DNA of 63,668 bases, the filler included, from Intoshia linei (Eukaryota > Animalia > Orthonectida), in assembly GCA_001642005.1 (NCBI GenBank). It is 5 parts of 5 records of this genome, joined end to end, with 100 filler letters (N's around TTAATTAATTAA, not from the genome) between each part and the next. Parts side by side here need not be neighbours in the genome. Positions count along the whole stretch, not along the records: positions 31,117 to 60,626 come from LWCA01000382.1; 4 more parts are not named here. One strand, written 5' to 3'. Positions 39,941-54,185 of this stretch are shown in pieces. The position numbers and the translations under genes are program-made. Positions within the stretch are counted from its first letter, which is position 1; every line of letters starts with the position of its first letter. The notes beneath the pieces are model-generated. The model did not search any database, had not been told where the DNA came from, and worked only from the letters and a program-made list of their open reading frames with translations.

Positions 39941-41180
39941 GTGTTATTTTATTTATTTTTTGCGTAAAATGTCGAAAATAGGTAGCTGTCTGATTTTGGT
40001 GTCCTTTGTAAGATTTTATAAAACTACTTTATATAAATTACATATATATATATATTTTATAGAATAATTTTAGACAATTATATCAGTATCAAATATGATA
40101 ATATTATACACGGGTTTGTTGGAATATAATACTGATTTTTTGGAAAGAAACCCATCCATTTTCGTCAAATTTAGCAATCACATAAACCACATTTCTCAGA
40201 AATTCAATATTCATTTCATTATTGTATTATCCATCTTTATTACGTTTGTAGCAACAATGAGTGTTTTGGCTATTTTATCAGAATATCAGCTTTTTACCAA
40301 AATTGTAAAATTTTATTTACTTATTTTTAATATGATTTCTTATGCATGTTTCCGTCCGTTTAAAGTTTAGGGTCAATTGACAATTTTAAATCCACTTTTT
40401 ACGAACCATTACAGAAAAAATAACTTTAGTAATAATCCCTATACATAAAATACGAGATAAAAATTTTTTAACTATCGAAAAGTCAATTCATAATCAGGTT
40501 CGTATTCTCAAATTGTCTGAAATAACAAAAGGCCATAAATAGTAAATGGACGGTTACACATAAAATGTATTTTAGGTTTTACTGTGGACATTAGCATTGT
40601 TCATAATCTATATTTTCGTGTTGGTTTTGCTCTTTATTCCACAGGTATGCTTAATTTGTTAATTAGTTTAGTTTTAAAATATTTATGAATACATTAAGTA
40701 TGTTTGAAATGAGATCAGATGCTGTAAATGGGAAATAGTGTACCAAATAACTTTGAATACAAAGTAGTATGGGTGGAACCTCTCGTATCCATAAAATTTA
40801 CACTGAGATTTAAATTACATAAATTTAGAAATATTGATCTTGGTCAGTATTTTTGAGTTTGGTATGCGTCAATAATTATTAATATTATTAATATATTAAA
40901 TTTTAGAACAATGAAAATTATTATAAATCAGTAACTCATAAGTTTATTGTCAACAAAGTTTATTCAAAAGCAGGAGAAATGAACGAATTGAAATCAAAAG
41001 TACGTATAATTTATAAAATTGAAAAAATATCATTTTGAACATTATTTTTAGAGCAAATGCTACTTTGTAGAAAAAGTGAATTCTTGTTATAATTTTCTGT
41101 ATAACAAAATGTATAATGCATTATTTATATCTTATATTGCATTGCATACATCTTGTTTGGTATATTTTACATCATTATAA
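39941..41180 (+). CDS. Divergent multi-exon membrane protein (tetraspanin-like topology); boundaries approximate
   Basis: GT-AG exons encoding FIIVLSIFITFVATMSVLAILSEYQ, VLLWTLALFIIYIFVLVLLFIPQ, a polar loop with 2 Cys, then ALFISYIALHTSCLVYF. Confidence 0.4.
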
Positions 41181-41583
41181 AGTAAATGTTTCGGAAAAAA
41201 AATCATTAGTGCTGTTGTTCCCAAACTTATTTTGTATACGCCACTTTTTTACCATATATTCGCTCAGTGCCCCTAAAATAATTGTCGTACACCGCCACCG
41301 GGAACTCCCGAAACCGTAACAATTTTGACTGAAACTGAAACAACATAAATTAATCTTAAATAAATAAATAAATTTATCTTTAACAAAACAAAAATGATCC
41401 CTTTAAACCAACAGTACCAAATATACAATTATAAATTATATATGTACTTCACAGTTAGTACCACTACACTGAAAAAAAATTATTTAAATTATTTATCGAA
41501 TAATTCCGGTTTTTTGAACAACGATTATCCGATTAATCGGAATTTAAAATTTTTAACATAAAAACCAATAATCCTTACTTATA

Positions 41584-42318
41584 CATGGGTGGCTAAAAGT
41601 CGTTTCACAAAAGGTAAATAATAAAAAATTTAAATTTAAAATAATACAGCTTTTATTTAATATCGTACATTAATAATCCAAAACAAAAGCATGAAAAGAA
41701 TTACATTTTATCTTCAAAGCATTCAAAGTTAACGTGGCCATTCAACTTAAAATTAGCTTCCTTGGTCCAAATTATTCTATTCCTGATTTCAATGTTCTCA
41801 TGGAGTTGTTGCTGTAACCATTTACAAAATTCTATGCATCTATCATAATCGTCATCATTCATTTTATAAAGCAAGCGAGGTCGCCAAACTTTCAAATCAA
41901 TGTTCTTCATTATTTTACGTAGATTTGTGCGTGGTATATACAACTGCAAACTTGCACGAACTGCGGATGTTGATGGCGCATTCTGATAAAAAGCTCTAAC
42001 ATTTTCCTTATTTTCATTGGTATTCATATTTTTTGGGCGTCCACTTCTTTTCTTATCGATAACCGAACCAGTATTGTGAAATTTTTTAGCCAAAGCATAC
42101 ATTGATTGTCGTGATCGAGGAATCTTATTAGGATGCTCTTGTGCAAACGCTGCAGTTGTAGTTGTTGGATTTTTACCATGCATTAATCACTGCTCTACTA
42201 TGAAAATTCGTTGGCGAAGAGTTAATTGTCATCTCATGCTAATATCGATAACAACAATAATTTGAAATTTTGTCCTTGTTATTATTAACCTTTTGTAAAG
42301 CGACTTATGGCTACCCTA
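41584..42318 (-). mobile_element. Internally deleted mariner/Tc1-like element
   Basis: ~40 bp TIRs (gggtggctaaaagtcgtttcacaaaagg / ccttttgtaaagcgacttatggctaccc), TA flanks; ORF with KFHNTGSV..RSGRPK and WTKEANFKLNGHVN. Confidence 0.85.
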
Positions 42319-44439
42319 TATAATATGCTACGCGATTTTTGCTTATGATTATGTTCCACTTTATTTAAATAACTACCCGTCTTAGAATCTTAGAATCAAG
42401 TCCACATTTCAATTACAGTTTTTTCTGGGGATGTTCGCAAAATAACTTTCAACATCCCAAACTCATATCCTACGGGTCAAATACCCAAATTTCCTTTTTT
42501 AAAAATCAAACGAGTTGGAGAATTTACAAAAATGTATATGCTGATACGGATTTTAAAATCATAATCATTATCATACATTTCAATTTATAATTATTATGTC
42601 TTCAGGGCCAAAACCACAAATTACCCTTTTTTTTTAATGAAAACAGCCCTAGAATTTAAAAAAATTTTTGGAATTTATGCTATTTATGACAATTTTTAGG
42701 ATTGGACTGTCTTTACTTTATTTTTAATATTATACACACATTCTGTTTAATAAATTAAAAAAATGGGATAAAAATTTTTTTAAAATTCTTTACGCAAATG
42801 TTAACAAACGAAAAATTAAGATGGAATAATTCACTTTAAAGTAAAAAATAATGTAATATATGACTTCAATTATATATTTATGAAATTTTTGAAAATCCGA
42901 TTATTCGAAATATATTCCGATTATTGTAAGCAATTAACCGGGTTTTCGATTAATCGATTAATTTGATATCATTCCCTAATAAATACATAAGGAACAAAAA
43001 TACATTATTACAAATTAATTTTTATTTTCAATTACATATGTATTTTTGGGAATTTAAAAAATATCTAGAATTTATGAGTCATAGTATTGGACGAGCTGGT
43101 ACCCCAAAATAATTTTGATATAAATAAATAATAATCAAATAATAATAATAAATAATCCAAAATCAGTATTTCTATTTGGGAACCGCTGCTATAAACCCAA
43201 ATTAAGATTGAATGCAGACTGAAAAAATGCAGAACCAACAAATATTACAAAATAAAAAAGGTGTGCATTTATCGCGTCAGTATTGGTGATGGTTTTTCAG
43301 TAGAAACATTGATTTTTCAGTATTGTAGATGGTTTTTCAGTATTTTAGGTACCAATTGACAAGGTGTCAGTATAAATAATTGATTGGCAGTATTTAAATT
43401 GAATTTTCTGTATAAAATGAAACTGACAAAAAATTTTGATTTCATAAAAAAATATTATCCGGTGTGAACACCATAGAATATTTCTAATTTTTTAGTAATA
43501 TGGTTTGTAGATATAATATGGTATCTTAATATTTCAGTTTTAACTTGGGTCTGTAGTGGACATATATTATTTCAAAAACTAAATTTTTAATTTTTATACT
43601 GACACTCCAAAATCATCAAACTTACAATTCAATTTTTTTACTGACAAAATATTATTTTATAAAATTTGTTTATTTCTATATACTTTTTTGTTGAGTTACT
43701 TACAAGTTTCGATGAATACTGATCTAGTTAATATATTTATTGACAAAAATGGAATTATGTATTGACAAGAAAGCAATTAAAAACTGACAAATATTTAATT
43801 GAATACTGACAATTTTATGTTGAAAATACAGAAAATTTTTAATTAAAAAATGTCAGTATTTTAATTAAATACTGAAAAATTAATTACTCCACAAATAAAA
43901 ACATTTTGTGGTGTTTACAGTTTTATGAAAATATTTTTTATCTTCGGGTCCTCGATCATGGTGATATTGTTTTGTGTCGAATAATAACTTTTGAATATAC
44001 ATATTATGATTAGATAATATTCAGTTCTTATTATTTTAGTTGAATCTGATTGCTGGATTAATTTTTTCTATAAAATGTCAACAAAAATTTGATAAAGAAA
44101 AATGGCAAAAATACTATGAAATATAGATATACTGTATATTTATATATAATAAATTTAATACTAAAAATGTTATTGTAAACTCATCCCCAAAACTATGTGA
44201 AAAACATTAATTTCTTCGAATAATGGTATTTTTGTGTTGCCATATAAGTTATTTATGCAATGTATGAATTTCTTGATGTTATAAATGTTGTATGCAAAAA
44301 TTTATAAAAAATGATCTATTAATTTAGAAAAAAATTAGCCATTAAAATTTTGATGATTAAAAATTCTCTAAAACTATGTGAAATGTGTATATAAATGCAA
44401 AACAAAACAATTTATAAATATAAATTTTTAATTACTAGT

Positions 44440-44680
44440 AATTACGTAGATTCCCACCTTAATTTTCTCCAACTTCAGTTAATCTTGATGATAAGGATTG
44501 AACCAATCGGTGAATTTCATCAACTTCCAGCGAATCCCAAATAATATCAATTTCAGCTTTTAATTCGTTAAGACTAAGGTATAGAACGATATACGAACGA
44601 CTATAGTCATAGATTTTCAATTTGGATTACAATCAGGGCTATAAGGTGGTCAATCAACTACCGATATGCTATTTTCTTTC
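44440..44680 (-). mobile_element. Tc1 transposase C-terminal remnant
   Basis: PPYSPDCNPN.., AEIDIIWDSL..HRLVQS on the minus strand. Confidence 0.5.
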
Positions 44681-46949
44681 AAAAAATAAAAACTATGTTA
44701 ATTAATTAAATGATCAATATGTAAATTAAATGTATTTTAAAAAAATTAAAATTTAATTGTACCTTTGTAAGTGAAAATTATTATTAGCGTATTAAAAAGA
44801 GTTTTTAACCGATATTATGACGGTACTTAAAATTCCCGTGAGCGTAAGCAACAGAAAATGAATTATCAAAGTAGAGATATAACAAAAATTGAGGCAAATT
44901 TTATTTTATTATAATATTATATTATTAAGAGAGCGGTATGCAGAAAAAATTATATACCGTTACCTTCCATGGTTACAATGAAGTACTTAAAGTTTTTTGT
45001 ATTAAATTAAAGTATACACCAAACGGAACATTACTTATTGTGCAGCCTTAATTAAAATACATTTTAATTAATTTTTAATTAATTATTGGTTAATTCAGCG
45101 GTTTTCAAATGCGGCTTCACAGAAAAAATATAACATTGAACTAAGAACGCAAAAGGTAATGTAAATATAATATTTTGACGTATATAAAAAATTATATTTT
45201 AATGATGCGGTAAATATTCAATGTGAAATTACTAGTCTACGGTAAAAAAACTTTAATTTTAATTCATTCACTTATGAAAAAAATAATGGTTCAGAATGGA
45301 TAAATGGTGAAGTGAAGATTTTTTAAACTCATCTATAGATAATTGTATAGAATCTCATTATCTATTATTATTATAGAAATATATAGATAAAAATACAATT
45401 ATATGACATTAAATACACGATTGAAATAAGGTATCAAAGCTTTTTATCTTACGGATCTGTGAAAATTTGCATATCTTTTGTAGTATAAAATTTTACGAAC
45501 TAAAATATAGTGTGAATTTAAGTTAAAAATATGGTGACTCTCAACGGTTGGAAAATTGCTATTTTTTATTCTTTAGAAATCTGATTTAAGCTAACAAATA
45601 AAAAATTTCATGAATTGGTAACATTTTTAATGATAATGTCTTTGTTTCTTCGAATTAAGAAATAAATTATCTCTAAGAGTGGGTTTTTCATAGATGACTC
45701 GAATATCGCACGTATATACGGGTGTTTACATTTTTAAATATTTTTTAGATTTGAAAAGTATGTTAAATATCATTCTACTACAAAAATGAACCTTTTGTCG
45801 TACTTATGGGGTATGATTTCATTTTAAATGTTACGTCTTCGGAGCAAAGTGACACTATGAATGATATTGGATTGTAAATTATAATCAATTCTTCATAGTA
45901 GTTTTTTTAATATTAATTTTAATACAAGAACAATAGATCCCTCGAAATAAAATAAAAAGAATCGATTATGCATCCCCTTTAAGAACCACTGTTCCAGTGG
46001 ATTTGTCCAAAATATAAATTAAACAATTATAATTATTAGTAGACAGTATTTTTACCTATCACTTATGTCCAATTTCAATAGATATTTTATAAAATGTTAT
46101 AATATAAGTATAATTATACTCAGTCAAAATGAGAGAAACTGTAAAATATGTAATTTTAAAAATTAAGTTATCAGTGAATTTCGACCCAATTTAAATTAGC
46201 CCAATTGCGCTTTAAAATTGTTTACACAATGTATATGATGTTCTACATAAACTATGTTTGCAGACTGAGTGTGCATCAAACTTATTTACTGTAGGGACTC
46301 TTGTATCTCAATATTAAAGTTAATTTTTATTGACATAAATCGATTATATTCTATATGCTGTCCGCAACTAGTTGAATTTACTATATTTAAAATTTTCCAT
46401 TAATTTATATTGTGTGTTGTTAACTTTTAATTAGTTTAGGTATCGATTAATTTAACTTGCGTGGATTTTTTTTAATTTATCAACCATTTATAGAGATTCA
46501 AAATTATATAACATTTTCCATTCGTTTCATATCAAATGAACAATGCAAACCTTATAGGTAACAACGTTGTATATTTATATTGATACTTTATACAGACGAT
46601 TGCGTTTACAATGAAGAAGAAAAAACCATTCAAATTAAAAGAATTAGGTTCATTTATACTTGATTTAACTGACAGTGAGTAAGATTAATTAATTGCGAAA
46701 TCAAAATTTTTTACTTGTTGCAAAATTAATAATAATAGCCTAAAGACGGGTACTTTTACAACCTTATCAAAAATATAAATGACTATATAATTGCGTGAAA
46801 TATATTATCAATTAATATGAATTCGTTAAAATACAAATGTATGTTAAGTAGGAAATAATTTAACTAGTGATCTGTTAACGCAATTTCGTGTTATACATGT
46901 TCATTTTAAAATTTTAAATAAGATAAATTATAATATAGATACACAATTA

Positions 46950-47260
46950 ATATTTTGTAGGGCCACCTTTTGACTTGATGCATGCTTGAATTCATCTAGG
47001 CATACCCTTAATTAATTTTTGGAGAATTCTTCCATACGAGGTTAATACGGCTAATCAGTTTTGCTTTGGATCCAATTTTTTTTTCATGTACTTCATATTT
47101 TAATACTTTCCATATGTTATCTATTTGGCTCATATCTGCAGCGTTACCAGGCCAAGGCAGAATCTATATGTTGACGGTTTTGAAAAATTCTTTTACAGAC
47201 TGGCAGTGTGACAGGGAGCTAGATCTTGTTGGAAAATATGATTAACAGTGTTCTTCCAAT
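46950..47260 (-). mobile_element. Tc1 transposase remnant
   Basis: IFQQDLAPCHTA, PWPGNAADMSQIDNIWK, MPR..QAC..KGG. Confidence 0.7.
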
Positions 47261-48407
47261 GTGGGTTAATATTAATACAGTCTTTAATAACATTTGTATT
47301 GTTATTTATGTTTACCAATTTTCCTTCGCCCAATTTCACGGTTTCATTTTCATAGTATTGTATATATTGTATATTTCTTAATTTTCTAGTAATTTTCTCA
47401 ACCCACACCCATATGACACGTCAAAATGTATAAAATTTATACTATAAACGTTTTATTACCTACCAATATTGATGGGTTTAACATTTCTTAAAGATCCCCT
47501 CCAAGCCAAAAATTTAATTACATATTAGCAACATGTTATCACTGGGGCATGGGTTTTTAAACTTCTTAAGATTAAATAAATGATTTTCCATTAGCTAATT
47601 CCTTTTTTTAACAAAGAATATCGAAAGCGCAACTAATGTGGTGTATATATTGTACAGTAATTGTTTCATTTTATTTGAAATTTTAGCATTTATTAAGTAT
47701 ACATGTGTAACATGTAAAACATTGCATATTACTAAATTTTACCCTCATCAATCACCAAATTTTTTCTATTACACGTACTTTGATTAAATTGATTTTTTTA
47801 TTTACAATTATTTATTATACCAAAGTTTATTAGATATAAATTAAGTGTGTGTTTAACACACTTTTTACGTATTTCAAAATTATTGTGTGTCAAATTTAAT
47901 TTAATTTAATTTATTTTTTGTGTAATCTACTTCAAAATTAAAATTCATTATTAATGAAACTCAAACTGCATGTATCTATAATGAATTTAAAATAAATACC
48001 TTTGGGGTACCTACTCCACAGAAATGAAAATTTTCATGGACTCCTGATATAAGCAATGACAAGCCAACAAAAATGGATAAAATGTATAACGTAATGTTCC
48101 CCAACCTCGACAGCACCAATAAATGCATGAATTGCATGGTGAAAAAGTTACATTATAATTATAATAAGATAATATTCTTAAATCCAACCATTTTTACTTA
48201 AATTCAACTATTTTTACTTAAATTCAATTATTTTTACTACCTACCATAAAGAAAAATCTACTTTTACCAACCATTTAGGGAAAGTTCCAGTTTTACTTAA
48301 AATGTCTCATGGGTATTTAGAAAAAGTATCCTTAGGACTTAAAATTATAGTATTACTAAAATAATAACTATTGTAAAATATTTTGGGCCAACTCCTAACG
48401 GTCAAGT

Positions 48408-48714
48408 TAGCCTGACCATTTAAAGTTTTCTATACATATACTTTATACTATATATTACAAAATTAAAACTGAACTTCATTGTAACGGAATTTGGCGTCTG
48501 AGCTGTTAAACGTGGTACCGACTTTATAATATTGTTCGCCATGTTCAGTTATACAGTTTATTTTTTTAAATGTGTTTCTAGCTCAATTTTTTTGGATTTT
48601 ATTTTTTTTGGGATGCTTTGAATACAATTTAAATAATGTAAATAGCCAGAATTCGAGAAATTAAATTATTAATATTTTTATAATATATATAAAAAACTTT
48701 AAATGGTCAGGCTA
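48408..48714. mobile_element. MITE with ~30 bp TIRs
   Basis: tagcctgaccatttaaagtttt ... aaaactttaaatggtcaggcta; interior shared with ~17566-17680. Confidence 0.7.
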
Positions 48715-49324
48715 TCTTCAATATTCATTAAAATTCATTAATATTTTGGAAATATTATTTTTCATTTTTTTGAGACATCTTACTGTATATTATAAAAAAA
48801 TTTATAAAACTGTAGAAAAATAACAATTAAATTGTTTTTTTTAGATTTTCGTTACAAACTTGACAATATACTAATTTTTAAAGTGGAATATTTTTGATAT
48901 TTTAATAAATAGTTTATGCAATTTTATAAATATTGCATTATTATATAATTATATAAACTCACAGTAACCAAACAATACATAAAATATACAACTTTTTAAT
49001 TCAATAAGGGTAAAGGTAATAACATTTTATCTAATGCAAAAATATTATCTTAAAAATTATAAATTTGTAAACTCAATGGATTGCATGTAAAACAGATCGT
49101 GTTTTAGAATCGTATGTTATAAAATATATATGTTATGTAGTAGATAAAAATGGAATTTTCCCTCAAGGGTTGGTAAAACTGGATTCCTTAAAATTCCTTA
49201 GATCGTAATAAAAAGTATTATTTTTTTAATTTTTGATTGAGATGATTAAAATAAACAAAAATGTAAAACTAAGATAATATTAAAGGGAGTGATTTTTAAA
49301 CGATGGAGAAATAATTTTATCTAA

Positions 49325-52300
49325 GCTGTTTCAATAATAAAATTAGAAATAAATAGATTAAACATTGAAGCAATTTTGAACATATCTTTTTCTGAATTGA
49401 TAAATATTGAAAAATTAAATAGTCCGCTGAAACTACTATCCATGGATGTTTCAAATGAAAAATTACAATTTAATACATCACTGGAAAAAAGAGATTGCGA
49501 TGAAAATGGATTCATTTATGCTTGTCATTATAGTAAAAAAGAGTAGTAATTATCATTATAAATAATAATCAAGTTTCAAAGTTTAGAGAAATATAATTGG
49601 GATAATCCAAGTAGTCCAAATTTGAAATGGCATGATTTTAGTATCATCACTAAAGATTTTGAAGATTATCGTGGCGAAGATCGTAATAACTATCAAAGAA
49701 ATCTTAAATATACCAAAATTTTAAAAAAATCAAAGGTATTCTTTTAAATTTAAAAGAAACATGACAATTATATTACATTACATCAGAGAGAGGCATATTT
49801 TTATACCAATTGTATGTTTTTTTAAAGTTAAAAACGATTGCGGTCCACTTAGATAAAGAAATTAATCCGATAAACCGATTGAAACTGTTTATTAGATACT
49901 ACTCAATCTATTAATGCTATCAGAGATTTTTTACCTTTGGTGTCGAATGACCCCATATTTTACACCTTACATTTTATCGATATTTTATTACTCATTAGCT
50001 AATCTAAAGTTAGTGTGTAATTGTAGTCTGTTATGTACTTTGTTCAAACAGCACTTTTCCATGTATTTTTACACATTCAATACTGTATTCTCTCCACTAC
50101 TTGCCAATTTTGTATTTCGTTAAATGATTATTACTGTAACCAAGAAATATTAACATTTATTCTATAACTCGTCATTAATTTAAAATATAAAGCTAAAAGT
50201 TTTAAAACCATTTTTCAAAATTAGTTATGATTTTATGTACGTAAGTTTTAAATCATTTCGAAACTTCAAATTCTTCTAAATCGAAAAAGAAAACTTAAAG
50301 GTTTAAGCATTTTAAGTTTATGCATAATACATTAATTTAAAAAAGGGAATCTGTATAAAAAAATTGTCCTTATATTCCATCGAATAGAATCTATTCTATT
50401 TACTGATTTATTGTTGAGTAACTTGGTTTTTAATTTAAATAATTTTTAGAAAATATTTATTAATTAAAAAAAGAATTAATTAATTTCAGTTTTAAAAATA
50501 GATTTTTTAATAAATTAGATTTTAATTATTTTGTATTAAAATTTACATTTTATTGTAATTTGCCTTTAATTTTAAAGGTTTTATCTGTTGTTCTTATAGT
50601 TTTAAATTCTCTATCTCGCCAATTTTTCTAGTGAATAATTATTTTGACATAAAACATGTTTACCATAAAGTTTACCGGTAAACGAAAGAATTACTTGTTG
50701 TAAGCATTAAAATACATTTTTAACCCTCCTATAAATAGTCCAGTTTAGTGTATTATCCTTAGTATACTTATTTAAATTATAATACTTATATTAGAAAAAT
50801 TTAGATCGATATATCCAATTTAGTCTTTGATTATGGTATACCAGATACAATAAGAAATGAGATTTGGATGCTTCTATTGCGAATTTACCCACAATATAAA
50901 TATGATGAATATAATTATACTGTAATTTGACTATTTACTAACTTCAGGTTTTAGAGAGAGGGCTGGGCGGACCATGTGACGCTATACTATTTTATAGATG
51001 ATGTTAAAAAAGTATGAAAACATACTTTGCATTTTTCCTTTGGGGGTAATATTGACCGATTTTATTTTTTCGGATAAAATCTTAAAAAGCTTAAAATCAA
51101 AAATGGCATAAACGTGTAAAATTAATCTTTCTACTATACAAATTATAAAAAGTGAATACCCTATTGCAGTATATATAATGCACTTCGATGCATTAAACAA
51201 TCTATTTTAAAATAAAATAATAATATAATTTTGTTGGTAATAAAACTAGAAATGCTGATAACACCTTTGACTATAATAATTACATAAATATATCCCAAAT
51301 CTCAAATATTTAGAAGTTATTTTCATTTTTAATATAACCCTTGTGGAAACATCAAATAACTAACGACATTAATTGAAAAATCTTTCAAATTTGGTTACTG
51401 TCGACCAATAAAAATTACTTTGTAAGTTTTAAATTTAAAATTTAGACATTATTAAAAAACGGAATCAATAAGTTCTCTAATCTATACCATGAAATTCAAA
51501 AATTTTCAAAAAAAGTGTGGCAATCACATAAAAATTACACCGAAAAGTAATTTATAAATACCATGTGATTAATTAAATTTTTAGCTGTAAAATCGTCACA
51601 AATATATGTATTGCATATTCTGTTTTCAAAAAAGTCAAACATTTCAATATTTACATCATTAATACAGCCGCATTATTATACATAGCCATAAAAGATGAAA
51701 AAATTGCATTTTATACCTTTGTTGCTTTTATGCACCATTTTAAGAACAGTATTGATGAATATCATGTAATTTTAGTAATATTATAAGTATACTAGGTTGA
51801 TTGTTATGTACTACGTACAAACAGCACTTAGCTTTGCCGAGGGCAGGGTTAAAACGGTGTTTTAAAGTTAAAAAAGAAATAAATTACCTATCTATTATAA
51901 AGTCCACCAAAATTATTCTGTGGGTCACTTGTTGCCGACCATGCATTACACAATGAGAATGTACCAAATTAAAAATTTTTTTATTTGTTTGATCTTGATA
52001 TTTTTTAATGTTTTTTCTTGATGATTTTTTAATTCTTCTGCAAAATCTCATATATTATGATTGTACATGTGTAAATCGTAATTATTAAAAAATATGAAAA
52101 ATACAATTTTTATTTTTTTTTACATTTTAGACTTTGAATGTTGTACCTGAAACCGTTCGAGAAATTGGATATGAACATTACAAAAATTTAAAATTCTTAT
52201 TGGTGAATTTAAAATTATTTAATTATATTTAAATTAGACCAATGAAGAATTCAATGATATCGTTATAAAAACTATGAGTACTTGTATATTGCGGTCATTA

Positions 52301-52817
52301 TTTTGTTTTTGCCCATGGATGCCATTTTCATTTTTGATTAGATTGATAGATGTTTTATTAATTTATGGTAAATTATTATTAAAATATGTAAAAATTACAA
52401 GTAGTATTATAAATTCATATTATCATTACAAAATGCATTATATATAGGTTCTGCAATCGTATATGTAATTGCACTTTCGATTTTGGATAATATAATTGGG
52501 AATGAATCTAATTGGAGCAAATTGGTGCAAAAGTGTGGTTCTTTTACTAATAGTTGTTATCACGTTATAGCCGCCATATTGTATAACAATTACAAAAACT
52601 TATTAGACGCCAACAAAGTTTTTTCTTCAGTAAGCATTTCGTATAAATTTAATATAAATATTTAATATAGTTAAAAAAAAAGAATTTGAACGAAATTCAA
52701 AAATTCGTAATGTCTAGAAATGAATATGTTAGCATAGCCAAAGTTTACAGTAAACCTCAAAATAGTTTTAAAAATTTTATATGCAACAATTGCATTAGTC
52801 AATTTGATTGCGACTAA
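49325..52817 (+). CDS. Divergent TBC (Rab-GAP fold) domain protein, multi-exon; start uncertain
   Basis: Exons give VFDYGIPDTIRNEIWMLLLRIYP (motif A), NICIAYSVFK..TAALLYIAIKDEKIAFYTFVAFM, PFSFLIRLIDVFINY|GSAIVYVIALSIL. Confidence 0.65.
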
Positions 52818-53069
52818 ACTAGTTTAAATTTATTGAACGTGTACTTAAATTTTAAGAATAAAATTATAAAATATCAGTTGTCTTTGAATTGTATTTTATT
52901 TTCCAAAACCGGTTGTTAGATCTATCAAGGTTACACCCAAACCACAATATCGTGTTTCGTTTTATATGATGGTGTAAGGATTATACTGATAAAACATATG
53001 TCAAAGAATATATGATCGCTAAAAGAATTTATTCATTTTTACTTGACTTAATTTGTATATGTTTAGTAA

Positions 53070-54185
53070 TTATGAGGTATCCAATTCTTGTAATGATTCA
53101 TTAATTTCTTTTAATTGTGATATTGATATATTACCCAGTTTACTGAGTTGTTGTATAAATTGTTGATTTTGTTCCTAGATGTTAAAAATTATAATACAGA
53201 TTTTAAAGATGTACTTTTAATTGTTTATCCAAGTCTAATTGCATTTCTTTTTTTATTATTTCGGCTTCAGAGTGTAATTCTTTGGATAATTGGCGAAACA
53301 TATTGTTTTGCTTATTTTTAAATATTGAATTTTCCAAAATTTTACCGGTTAAACTAAAAAAAATAATTTTTTAAATCTGTACTCTACCCGAAATCCCTCC
53401 TCGACCAAATGTCAAAGATTTGTAAAATAGAGATTTTATTTTTAAATATCATCTGTTTTATGTATAAAATTTGAACTGTCAAGCCATTAATTTAAAAGAG
53501 ACCTCTAGCATGGTAGGTTCGGTTTTGGTTATACCAATAATATTTAACAATAAAAGTAAACGGTATAAAAATAAATATTGTCAAATGGGCCATTTTATTG
53601 TGTAAATGGACAGGACTCAAAATAAAATTCATGATTTCATTAAATTAATATCATTCGTATAAGTATATTTATGTGAACCATGTGATAAGTTTTGGTTAAG
53701 TTTCCCCTTAACTTAATTATACTTGAAATACTTCTTAAAATGAGTAATACGAATTATACAAATTTATAACCTTTTTCCAACGTTTAATGAATGAGTTGCT
53801 CTTCTTTTAGCTTTACTAAAAATATTATATTGAATTTATATTTTCTTAATCTTACGCATTTTGTTTGTTTTTTTTTGCTTGTAATCTTTTTTCCATGATT
53901 TGACGTTGTTTCTCCCTATTCGCGGATAGATTTCGAATGTTCATTTTTTCTTGCTCATTCATCTTTTCAATCAATTGGTCAGCCTCATCTGAGTCTGCAC
54001 TACTGTCACTTTCTTTTTCAGGTATAATTTTCAACTCTTCAGAACCTTCTCCTTCTTCTACACTTTCCCTTTGTTTCATTCTTTCCTAAAAACAATTGTA
54101 TAATATGCTATTTTAATTATACTTTTAATTGAATAATTTCATCTTCTTGTTTTTTAATCCTTGCCAATCTGCGAGATTCTACTGC
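53070..54185 (-). CDS. 3' exons of a coiled-coil protein (weak EVC-like C-terminus); 5' part not located
   Basis: Five phase-compatible GT-AG exons ending LDLDKQLK|EQNQQFIQQLSKLGNISISQLKEINESLQELDTS*. Confidence 0.6.

Noticed and set aside
42700-48400. Long gene-free AT-rich tract searched for RNA genes or exons
   Set aside because: Only TE debris is recognisable; no tRNA/rRNA/snRNA signature was seen by eye.
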